This document shows, one piece after another, positions 22,961 through 32,365 of a DNA stretch of 32,365 nt. A program made the translations under genes and the position numbers. The stretch lies in contig CM121343.1 in assembly GCA_051530055.1 (NCBI GenBank), positions 1 through 32,365 of the forward strand, given 5' to 3'. The notes beneath the pieces are model-generated. The model ran no database searches and was not told the DNA's origin. It saw nothing but the letters and a program-made list of their open reading frames with translations. Each line of letters opens with the position of its first letter. Within the stretch, counting starts at the first letter, position 1. Source of the DNA: Neoechinorhynchus agilis (taxonomy: Eukaryota > Animalia > Acanthocephala).

Positions 22961-23477
22961 AGAACAAAGACGAAAACCGACAATGCTGAAAAGAACCACC
23001 TCTCAAGTGAGAGAAAAGTTCAAAGAAATATTGTTTGTGAGTGTTCAACATTTGCGACGTGCAACCCGCACACACAAGTGACCAAATGATCAAACAGATC
23101 AACTCCGCATCTTCCCAAATGTCCTGCTCGAGAGTTACATTCTTTTCGTTTCAATTGGCAGTACTTCAATGAGCCATTTTCAAGAACTCGAGTTCAATGA
23201 ACAAAAAGAAAACCTGTCAAAAGTTACTGTTTTTTGGTATTATCGAATGCGGGTTTCCATGAATACGAGATAAAAAGGAGCTGCTTTGGGTTACAAACAT
23301 TCGAGGAAACGAGCAATTTTCGCTCATGAGCTCTACTATAAGATTTATAGTTAAACAACCTTAGACTGAGGTTATGGCCATTATATAGTTTTTATGTATA
23401 CTTTCTCGACGAAGGACAAAAATTGAACAAGCTTTGAAAGTTAGTTCATCAACTTAATGTGGTTTTGGGCAATCAAA

Positions 23478-23542
23478 AATCTAACCCAGCCATCGGGGTG
23501 ATTCGGTGTCGGTCTCAGGTCCAGACAAATGGGGAGGGTTGG
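23478..23542 (+). ncRNA. Twister ribozyme (P1-type), partly degenerate, in the RTE 5' UTR
   Basis: UAA-CCCA-GC-[P3 CAUCG/CGGUG]-UCGG-UCUCAGGU-CCAG-ACAAA-UGGG-GAGGG aligns element by element with the twister core UAA-P2-GC-P3-CCGG-UCCCAAGC-CCGG-AUAAA-P2'-GAGGG; P2 (CCCA/UGGG) pairs perfectly. Confidence 0.8.
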
Positions 23543-24105
23543 TGTCAGGAAGGGCATCCGACCGTAAAACCTTGAGCTAGAAACACATCAGCAATGTCAA
23601 GTCTAATAACTCCGATCGATCGGGCTTGTTTATTAGGTCATGCCACGCGCAAACCCGGCGGCCGGAGTTTGTGAAAAAAATTCAGGGTTACCGGATCAAC
23701 GACGGGTCCGGCTAAAGAAGCGAGTCGCTTTCAAAATACGAATCGGCACCCTGAACGTAGGTTCAATGACCGGGGGAAGCAGGGAAGTGGCCGACTTGAT
23801 GAGGAAGAGAAAAATCGAAATTCTTGGCGTTCAGGAGGTTAGATGGAAAGGAGGAAAGGCTAGAGAATTAGGCGACGGATTTAAACTGTTCTATAGTGGA
23901 GGAGCAAGTGGTAGGAACGGAGTGGGCGTCATAGTATCAAAGGATTTAGGGGACAGCGTCGTGGAGGTGACACGGACTATCGATCGGATGATGGCGCTGA
24001 AGGTAAGCGTTAACGGCGAAGCTACAGCAATAGTTTCTGCGTATGCCTCCCAAGTCGGTTGTAGTGAAGAGGAGAAGGAATTTTGGCTGGATTTATCGGA
24101 AGTTA
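23478..24105 (+). mobile_element. 5' end of an RTE LINE (5' UTR + APE N-terminal half), 3'-truncated
   Basis: IRIGTLNVGSMTG, EILGVQEVRWKG, FKLFYSG...RNGVGVIV, DRMMALK, IVSAYASQVGCSEEEKEFW; ends abruptly. Confidence 0.92.
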
Positions 24106-24106
24106 C

Positions 24107-24410
24107 AGAAATAGAAAAAGTATGAAGCACATGACGGCGTTGTTCACATTTTGCTCGAAGCTGAAGCTCGAGCAACAATCGATGTTTATGTGGAAGTGGA
24201 GAAAAATTATATATCCAAGAATCACTTTTATAATTTTCCCCCACTCACATATTCATGGATTTTATCTTTAAAAATCGATGATTATATATTGGAAAGACAT
24301 CGTCAGTCAAGTCAGAGGAGAATGGGGACCATGCATTTGGTGCAACATCGCACACTCAGGACCAATTGCAAACGCCGAAAATGGAGGACTCCTGCGATTG
24401 TGATGAAGCT
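24107..24410 (+). pseudogene. Fragment of a paralog of the C2H2 zinc-finger gene
   Basis: RNRK-YEAHDGVVHILLEAEARATIDVY...ILERHRQSSQRR vs RNRKKYEPHEAVVEVLPEEEAKATIDMYILERHRHSSHRR of the 29.7-31.3 kb gene; frameshifts and a 96 bp insertion. Confidence 0.85.
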
Positions 24411-24509
24411 ATAATCGACGAGCAATTTTTATTTGTGTTCTCCGATCTACAGTTGAAGTTGTTCACTGTGACAATTTGCGGTTTACGTTAAATGCCATAA
24501 ATTGCCTGC

Positions 24510-25200
24510 AATTCGCTCTTGAGCGACAAATGGAGTTCCTTTCCGCAATCTCGAACCAATAGAAGCCTTTCATCATTATCGTTTAGGACTCCAATCCCAT
24601 GTGTCCCCATAATTTCCGATGCAACACTGGTGTCAGCTCGAACTTTCGCGTTCATATCTCCCATTGCGAATAGGGGATCTTTGGCAGTTGCAGTTAGATC
24701 AGTCAGTTGTTCATAGAAGAGATCCTTGTCAATATCCGAATGCTGTTCCGTTGGGGCATAACAAACAATGATTGAAATCTACGCATGCTTTGTCCGAAAC
24801 TTGGCTTTTAACAATCTTTCATTTACTGGCGTCCATTCTGTGAGGACCTCCTACATCTCCTGTGTAACGACAAGCGCTATGCCGTGTTTTTTCCTCGGTG
24901 CGTAACATGAGTACAAATCCATCAACTCCCCAACCGTTTGGTCCCTTTCCCTGCCCATCTGCACTCCTGAAGAGCCAACAGAGCAAGACGATATTGAAAG
25001 AACATCTTTTCCAGTGTTCCTTTCCGTCCATTGTCCGAACATTAAAAATGACGCTATGAACGTTATCTTCTTTGAAGAAAAATCCGCGGTTCTGTTTAGG
25101 TTGTCAGTCCGAGGTCGTAGTCCGTGAGATCCGCCCGGCAAAAAGTTCTTTGTAGGTTTCACAATCATTTGGTTTTGTTTTTACGAGGGCGGGGATTGGC
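24510..25200 (-). mobile_element. Second RTE 5' fragment (APE), degenerate
   Basis: Minus frames give HGIALVV, PVNERLLKAKF, ISIIVCYAPT, KDLFYEQL, MGDMNAKV, GTHGIGVLNDN. Confidence 0.88.
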
Positions 25201-25900
25201 ACACCGTACGTTGACGAATATAATTGAATGGAGTTGCTCTATTCAGACGAATAGGAAAACACCTGCGCTTGGTACTAATTTTTTGACGTTTAAAGGCAGC
25301 AGGAATCAAATGAGGGATTCAAGATCAATTCGATAATCAGTATTACTCTTGCTAGCTGGTTGAACTTAATATAAGACGTATATATTCTTTAAAGACTAAC
25401 TTTTCGTAATTATTTATTAGCTCTTAATTTGTTTGTACGTGGCTGGCTTTATCGTTATGCAGAGCTATAAATATTGGAATAAGAGAGAATTTCCGACAAT
25501 TAGAAATCTTGCAGCGCAAAAATAAAGGGATTCAATGGTAGAAAGAAAAATAAATGGTTATGTTACCCAATAAAGCTAAAATTGTGTAATTAACCCCTAA
25601 TTTTACCTTTAAGACATCTTCAAGCCGCATATTAGGAACTTTGATATCTTTAGTCTTGCTTAAAAACGGTATACATCACATTGTGTTTTCGGTTATCCGA
25701 AACTGATCCCGTATCCGAATGGTGTTAGAGTAAAGGGTGTGAATCATAGAATTGAACAATTTGATAAAATTAAAGATATTATAATTACGTTTATCCCAGA
25801 CGGGAGGACAGAAGAGTGGTCAGAGTTTGCTGGGGGGGTATTCGTATTATGTTTCGAAACCCGCACAGCAGCGTGATCAATAACCGCGGCTATTTTGTAG

Positions 25901-26099
25901 ACTAATGAGTTCGATCTGGAAGTCGTGGGCCATTTCCAGCCTAGTGTTTTTCTCAAGAGGTCGCCCTCCCGAACACAAGCCACTCTTCATTCAAGAGTTC
26001 TTCAGGCACATTGATTTGCTACCAAAATCCTGGGCTGGGTTCCTGAAGGATCTTTGCCTGCAACGGTGCAATCGTTGGACATCTTACTCACATTCCTAA
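25901..26099 (+). CDS. Exon/ORF of unidentified gene family Y
   Basis: Acceptor attttgtag ending at 25900; ORF MSSIWKSWAISSLVFFSRGRPPEH...; protein-level match to 9303-9518 (minus). Confidence 0.55.
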
Positions 26100-26181
26100 T
26101 TTATACTCATTGTCCATCGCACTGACTTATACTTGACTTATACCCGATATGCTGAATAAATTCTCTTTTAGTTTTTAGGGT

Positions 26182-28923
26182 TTGTGGATTTTTGTTAGGC
26201 GGTCGATACTAATAAAAAGGTACGATGGTCGAATATGGAAACTAGACAAATCACTACATTTGCCCTTTATGTTCAACCGGACCCGAACTTCAGGGCTCAA
26301 AGTAACCAAGAGCGGTCGCAAAGAACCTGGTAATAGACAAACTGCGATTACTAAGGAGTTCATTGGAACTAGGGATTATTCGGAAAGATCTGTTTACCGA
26401 TATGAACCAGTTGTTCTACATGTTTCCAATCTGGACTATAAAATGAGTCGAGAAGAGTGGAGTCTATATTTTCACAAATGCTTCTCACAGATAGCCAGCA
26501 TCATCAAGATCGAACTACGTGATTCCAACCCGATGAACAGTAATGAACGCACTTATCGAACAAAGTCACTCAATGGATTTATCACGGTTGCTCACGAATC
26601 TGATGCAATGCAAATCATAAGCAGATTTCATAACAAAAAAGTGGGATATCGTCGTCTACAAATCCATATATTGGCACGCAATGTTGAGCGTAACGGCCGT
26701 CAAAGTAATGTAATAGATCTTGAGCTTCTGAAAGATAGGATCTCTTTCTTACTTTCTGGTCATGATCAGATGACGCTTACGGATTTGAACAATATTTACC
26801 GTCAGCATTTCACTGATTATAATATAACGAGCACTGAGTTGCTTAAGATTCCACGGGTAGTTGACGTTATTAGTTCAACAAATAGAGGTATATCGGTAAG
26901 ATTGCGTGACACTTGGGGTTCGGATTCGGATGCAAAAGTCAGCAATATTGAGCCATCTGATTGGCAACCCTTACAATTGCGAGTTACCTGTGACAATTGT
27001 CGTAGTGCTACTGTATACTCACCAATGGAAGCTACCGTTAAGGTTGAATCTCCGTCTTTGAGCACGTTCAGTGGAAACGTTCGGAGATTGTTGGAACAAC
27101 ACGGCGGATCGGTGGATTTATCTCGATTTGTGTCTTGCTATAATGCTTTATTTAAACCACTGATCACGAACGCATCTTCTGGCATTTGCTTGGAACATTA
27201 CATTAGCTGTGTGGAGGGCGTTACTATCATGTCTGATTCTACCAACACCCCCCAATGTGGAGAAAAATGCGGATCCGGTTTTTCTACCCTTTCTCCGGAC
27301 TACCAGATAATAAAAAGAGTATCGTTGTATGAAGTATCTAATCGACAATCGAACAATAAACCATTATGTACGATAATTCAATCCAAGACAACACTAGAGC
27401 GTGAGATTTTGAAGATATTAGAGAACGAAACTCACTGTGTGATACCAGCGTGTACGTTTTTGAACGCCTATCACCGTCGATTTCATAGACAACTACGAGT
27501 AGCCGACTATGGATGTCGAAAAATCAGTGAACTATTTCAATCATTGCCCGCGTATTTACAAGTCATCGGATCATTTAATGATCAATACCTTACATTGCCT
27601 CATACCGTTCAAATGCAAAGGTTTCAATTGTCTCTAAGAAGGATATTCAGATCGACAAACAAAGAGTCAATAAATCTTGAAACTTTACTCGATTATTGGA
27701 CGCTGTTAATCGGAAAGGCTTTTGATCCATATGATTTCGGCGTTACCTCAATACTTGATTTGTTGTATTGTCTTCGATCATCCAAAGAATTTAAGATAGT
27801 CACAACATCAGTGTCTTCTACAATCTTTAGATTCGTTAAATCTAAACAATGCCTTAACTTAACCAATGATATTTTGAATATTATGATTGACAAAGGTGGA
27901 CTTCAAATTCGATGTTATGACTTACTAAACGAATTAGCCAACAGGCTAGGGAAACGATTTGCAGATTTTACAGATCTTGAATACGACTTTGATCTACTTT
28001 TAGACTATGTCGACTGTTCCTTGATTCAGTTATCAGAATGTCTCGCTACTATGGAACAGCAGGTTACAGTAAGTCAAACTGGCCTTAAACTGGTACTGGG
28101 AGCTAAACTAGTCAAATTAGTTTCTAGAGGCGGCCGAAACTCGACCAACATTTCAGATTTGAAGCATTTGTGGTTTTCGGAAGAGATTGACGCACTTGAC
28201 ATCAATGCCTATGGATTCATTGATTTTTCTGATATGTTGATACACATGAAGGAGTATGTGAGTGTTCTTGGTAACGGCTATGTAGAAATATGCCCCCGTC
28301 GAATTCGCTGTATTCTTCTATCAACTATAATTGACCTATTAGATACCCAACTCAATTACGAAGATCAAATAGAACTCGATATATACGAATTCCAATCTAG
28401 AGTTAAAAATCAGTTCAATGTCCAGGTCAGATTATGTGATATCGCTTCTTGTCTGGGTGACGAATTAGTCTCAATAAAAATTTCATCATTCAAATCGATT
28501 GATACAGTTCGCATTTCTGGCACAAAGTGTCTTATGTTCGCCAAGGCAATATTATCAATTTTCTATGAGCGATATGATATGATCAGACTGAACAATTATC
28601 CGCCCGGATATTCTAAACCTACGAGTGAACTTTGTCTAGATGAAATAATGCACATTTATGAACGAAAATTCGGCTTACCTTTAGACCCAATCAATTATGG
28701 ATGTTACTCGTATCCATCGCTTTTGTCAAGGATGCCTGACATTATCTCATTTCGACATCTTGTTACGAATGGTGGATCGGATCTTACTTTAATTTCGTTA
28801 TCCCTTGCTTTCCAGTCCCTTTATTACCATTGGGTCAATTCCGTAAAAGTTGGGAATGCGAGCCAATTGATAAGAAATAAAATAGAGCAATGCTCACCGT
28901 TAAACAAATTCGTCGACAACTGA
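26182..28923 (+). CDS. MARF1: MARF1/Limkain-b1-like protein: RRM + multiple LOTUS/OST-HTH domains, no NYN domain visible; first ATG at 26269
   Basis: RRM LHVSNLDY...GFITV...KVGYRRLQI. LOTUS repeats including GICLEHYISCVEGV, CVIPACTFLNAYHRRFHRQLRVADYG, FDPYDFG, LDINAYGF and LDPINYG. AATAAA at 28976-28981. Confidence 0.85.
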   Translation: MWIFVRRSILIKRYDGRIWKLDKSLHLPFMFNRTRTSGLKVTKSGRKEPGNRQTAITKEFIGTRDYSERSVYRYEPVVLHVSNLDYKMSREEWSLYFHKCFSQIASIIKIELRDSNPMNSNERTYRTKSLNGFITVAHESDAMQIISRFHNKKVGYRRLQIHILARNVERNGRQSNVIDLELLKDRISFLLSGHDQMTLTDLNNIYRQHFTDYNITSTELLKIPRVVDVISSTNRGISVRLRDTWGSDSDAKVSNIEPSDWQPLQLRVTCDNCRSATVYSPMEATVKVESPSLSTFSGNVRRLLEQHGGSVDLSRFVSCYNALFKPLITNASSGICLEHYISCVEGVTIMSDSTNTPQCGEKCGSGFSTLSPDYQIIKRVSLYEVSNRQSNNKPLCTIIQSKTTLEREILKILENETHCVIPACTFLNAYHRRFHRQLRVADYGCRKISELFQSLPAYLQVIGSFNDQYLTLPHTVQMQRFQLSLRRIFRSTNKESINLETLLDYWTLLIGKAFDPYDFGVTSILDLLYCLRSSKEFKIVTTSVSSTIFRFVKSKQCLNLTNDILNIMIDKGGLQIRCYDLLNELANRLGKRFADFTDLEYDFDLLLDYVDCSLIQLSECLATMEQQVTVSQTGLKLVLGAKLVKLVSRGGRNSTNISDLKHLWFSEEIDALDINAYGFIDFSDMLIHMKEYVSVLGNGYVEICPRRIRCILLSTIIDLLDTQLNYEDQIELDIYEFQSRVKNQFNVQVRLCDIASCLGDELVSIKISSFKSIDTVRISGTKCLMFAKAILSIFYERYDMIRLNNYPPGYSKPTSELCLDEIMHIYERKFGLPLDPINYGCYSYPSLLSRMPDIISFRHLVTNGGSDLTLISLSLAFQSLYYHWVNSVKVGNASQLIRNKIEQCSPLNKFVDN

Positions 28924-29704
28924 AGCGATTTGCTGGCTGTCAATCGCGAGGATTTCTCTGCATTCTTCATTGTAAAATAAAGAATCCTTAATTTAGTAAA
29001 ATGTCGTAGGCGGCAATTGGCTTTCACGTGAAGGCATTTAAGAGTAGTTTTTGATAATAAAACTCTTGTGGAACAAAACGACTTCATCATATACCCGGCC
29101 ATTTCTGTAAAAAGCAATTCAAATACTCTTAACTTGGTCGTTAATTAAGCCGCCGCATTTCCTGGAACGTTTATTATTTCTACAAATAATGTTCTTTAGC
29201 TGTTGTGAAAAGACCCATCGACCGTAATTTGCTGCATCAAACTATGGACTATAGCCCCTTACCGCGATTTCGTTATCCATCAAATTTTTGTGCCATAAAA
29301 ACGCACTTGTTGTGTTTTATCCACTTTGACGATTACCGATTGCTAGAAAAACTGGTCGCCGATCTAATCAACGTGTTTCTTGGAAAAATAGGTAAATAAT
29401 TAAGTGGCAACATTGTTTCATCTAGAAACGGATTACCCGATTGGTATAGTTTTATTCGTTATTGGCTTTTCTATACAAAAAAACCCGATTTATCTGATAA
29501 TTTTAGAGTGTGGTTAGTTTATGAATTGTTATTGTGGCGTGGAAGGTTTTTTTGACAAATGGAAGAAAATCCTGGTACAAATCAGGGGCGCACTCGTGTT
29601 CTATAATCTCAAGATTTTGTGTCAAACAAGTAAACAGTTTATAAATAAACAAACATGCAAAACAAATCATCAATAGCAGAGATCGAGATCGGAAAACGAA
29701 TAAA

Positions 29705-31316
29705 TTACAGCGGATCAAGTACCTGCATCTTGGCGGTTCCCCTGTGGGCACGGTTGTTGTGGAGAATCGCAAGCTTGTAGAAGGTGGTAGTATAATTGCA
29801 TGATGTGCACCGGACAGCTCCGCCTTGCAAATGCAATCCCAGATGATCCACTTGATTCTCGAGTGCACAATCTATGCGCACTTTGCAAAAAGAGCAAATA
29901 ATATTGTCTTTTTGAAGCTTCACGGTATTGGATTTCTTAAGATGCGATTTCGAGAGCGTCTTCTTTTTGTTCGAATGAATGAAGACATCGACTTGTCGAC
30001 TGATTTCCATTATTCCCTCATACCTCTCAGGGTAGTAGGCAGTGTAGATCCGGAAATAATCGAGGAACATTTGTTCAATTTGTTTTCCTTTTGAGTGTGC
30101 ATTCACCTTTTGTCTCATTTCCAAAAGGCGGCCAGCGATGTGCTGCAAGAGTTGGTCGAAAGAGAGGTTTTCATAGAGAATAAATCCACACAGTGATTCA
30201 GTGTTCAAAATGGTCCCGAAAGTGCTCTCGTATAATTTTAACGTGTTCATGGCTGTATTGTTTCCCAAATCATGATAAGACTCGTTCAATACGCCCACCG
30301 ACTGATGAATCTGTGCGATGTGTTGGCGCATTGACTCCTGACTTTCTCCGCGATAGAAGCATTTAGCGCATTTGAACTGCTTCAATGGATTGATCAAGGG
30401 CATTGAGGATGGAAGATTTGGTTCGCCAATATAAAAGCGTGGAACATCGATCGGCACTTTAGACTGGGCCACCAAATGGTTCAATTGGAACATGTCCTTA
30501 TGACCTGACTCGTTTTCCATCTTTATAAACTTTTGCGGGTGCGATAGCTCGGCGGATCTATCTAGCGCGCCCGCACAAAACGGTTGACGTTTTCGTCGGT
30601 GGCTTGAGTGACGATGTCTCTCCAGGATGTACATATCGATTGTGGCCTTCGCTTCCTCCTCCGGTAAGACCTCTACAACCGCTTCGTGTGGCTCGTATTT
30701 TTTCCTGTTCCGAATGTGCTTTTGGACGTCCGACTTATAGTTCGCTCTTTGGCCACAAAATGAACATTTGAACGGTTTGAGGTTATGGTGTGCCGCCATG
30801 TGGATATAGAATTTGTCAGTTGAATAAGTCCCGAACTTGAAACAGATATCGCACTCCATTCGACCCGCTCGTTGGCTCCTTGGACCCGGCAGTCGCACTT
30901 TCATGGACGACATCGCAGGCGTTGGCAGAACTGATTTAGCGCCCGTTGTGTCCCTACGATAGCAACCCTGTTCAAGTTTAAACCTTTCTTAAGGTGTACT
31001 CACATTATTCGACTCGTGATAGATACAACTCTAGGTTGGTCCTTATGCTTTCTGCTTTGATGCTTGCATACATCGGCCCGATATTTGGATTTGTACGGAC
31101 AATAATGGCACTCATACAGTCGACATTGAATCTTTTGTCCACTTGAGAGTGCGGACTCCGGTTTAATGGAGGTTTCCCTGGTTAAACGATTATCCGAGTA
31201 CTCATTAGAAGATATGGCTAAAAGATCGAGTCAAATGTCACGCGAACTAGACACTTACCCAAGTACGCATTCAACTCAGCGTGGATTTGCTTGGGAGTAA
31301 TCGCCGATAGTTCCAT
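29705..31316 (-). CDS. Multi-exon C2H2 zinc-finger protein; exons 31316-31259, 31217-31004, 30953-29705 (possible further 3' exon after a donor at 29723)
   Basis: GT-AG introns of 41 and 50 nt keep the frame. Fingers YECHYCPYKSKYRADVCKHQSRKH, CDICF...HMAAHH, FKCSFC, FKCAKC...HIAQIH and CTSC...HNNRAH. Confidence 0.88.
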
Positions 31317-31340
31317 CTTTTTATAAGTATTCACCGCTAC

Positions 31341-31361
31341 CAACAACAACAACAACAACAA
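31341..31361. repeat. (CAA)7 microsatellite
   Basis: Read directly, ~25 bp upstream of the zinc-finger ATG. Confidence 0.95.
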
Positions 31362-32365
31362 CAGCTACAAATCAGAAACAAAAATTATATTCACAGCAGC
31401 AGCCGTCGTCGTCGGCCCAAGGTCCGTTATGATCGCAAACCTGATGTAATGCCGCCTGTGGCCCCCCATTGATTATTCATTCGGTGCCGCAGCCTTTGTA
31501 CCTGCGTGTTCATCGAGTATTCATTGTTTTTGATCATTACATCAACTAAGGCCGATCGATGCGCTCTACTTGTGCTGGACGCAACGGCAAACACGGACCC
31601 GCTAAGACGAATCTTTGTGAAATCCTAGAAGTATTTAAAGCACAATGCCCTTGAATAAGACAAATTGGCAATTACCTTGACCAGGACCCTTCTTGTAACA
31701 TGGATATATCAAATTATGAACTAATGAAGCGCTTCTATTCTTTGAAAAGCATCCTTAATTACATTCGTAATTTTTTTTGAAGAATCCGATTTCAGCCTTT
31801 GGTCAGTTTACCTAAAAATACCTACAAACGGAAGCAAAAATCCCTTCGGTCAATTTGATCGTCCAAAGACGTCAAGTCCTGTAACTCGACAAAGAATGCT
31901 TAAAATACAAGTTGGTGGATTTTCGATTAATCTCACAACCGCGTGTTATTCTTTTCGATTGTCCTTAGTCAATTTAAGCAGTTAAAAACAAATTAAGAAG
32001 TAATACGTCGAGGCAAATGCCACATTTGAGTGATATGCCGTTTTTGGACCGCAATCGTTTCTATGTTATTGGTTGTGAAATTGGAATAAAATTTTAAACA
32101 ATTAGACGGCAATCATTTCTATTTTCCAAGCTGTAGAGTCTGAATAGAATTTAAAAAATCGAACAGCATGTTCCGGGTAATAATAACACATTTGATTAAT
32201 GCACTCGTGTACGTCGAGTAAAATTAATTTATTTGGAAGCAAAGGTATTGTTGGAGATTAATGAAACTTGAAGATTAAATCCAGCAATCAAAGGTAAAAA
32301 AGCTAAAAAGAAGGAAATTATTGCGGGTCAGAATATTACATATCTACCAGCGAGTCGGTCACAGC

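Overview
Eukaryotic, intron-containing genomic DNA with short 41-66 nt GT-AG introns. This suggests a compact invertebrate, possibly nematode-like, but the species cannot be determined from the sequence. There are three apparent host genes: an IQ-motif + HECT E3 ligase of UBE3B/UBE3C type (minus, ~18.3-22.5 kb), a MARF1/Limkain-b1-like RRM + multi-LOTUS ORF (plus, 26.2-28.9 kb) and a multi-exon C2H2 zinc-finger gene (minus, 29.7-31.3 kb). The rest is a dense mosaic of decayed retroelements (Ty3/gypsy, Penelope, CR1/L2-type and RTE-type LINEs, a CRE-clade element) mixed with scattered fragments of host-type genes. The most unusual structure is a 4.56 kb non-autonomous LTR-type element (11379-15936) nested in the CRE element. 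It has identical 355 bp terminal repeats that are partly RTE-derived, a tRNA-Ser-type PBS and gag-protease. In place of RT/RNaseH/integrase it carries ~2.5 kb of cargo, including a ~98% identical inverted repeat of a zinc-finger-family gene fragment. Also found: an unannotated, partly decayed twister ribozyme at the 5' end of an RTE element, a young 185 bp tandem array, and a coding exon of an unrecognised gene family present twice with a strong synonymous-substitution signature. All alignments and counts were done by eye; no database searches were run.
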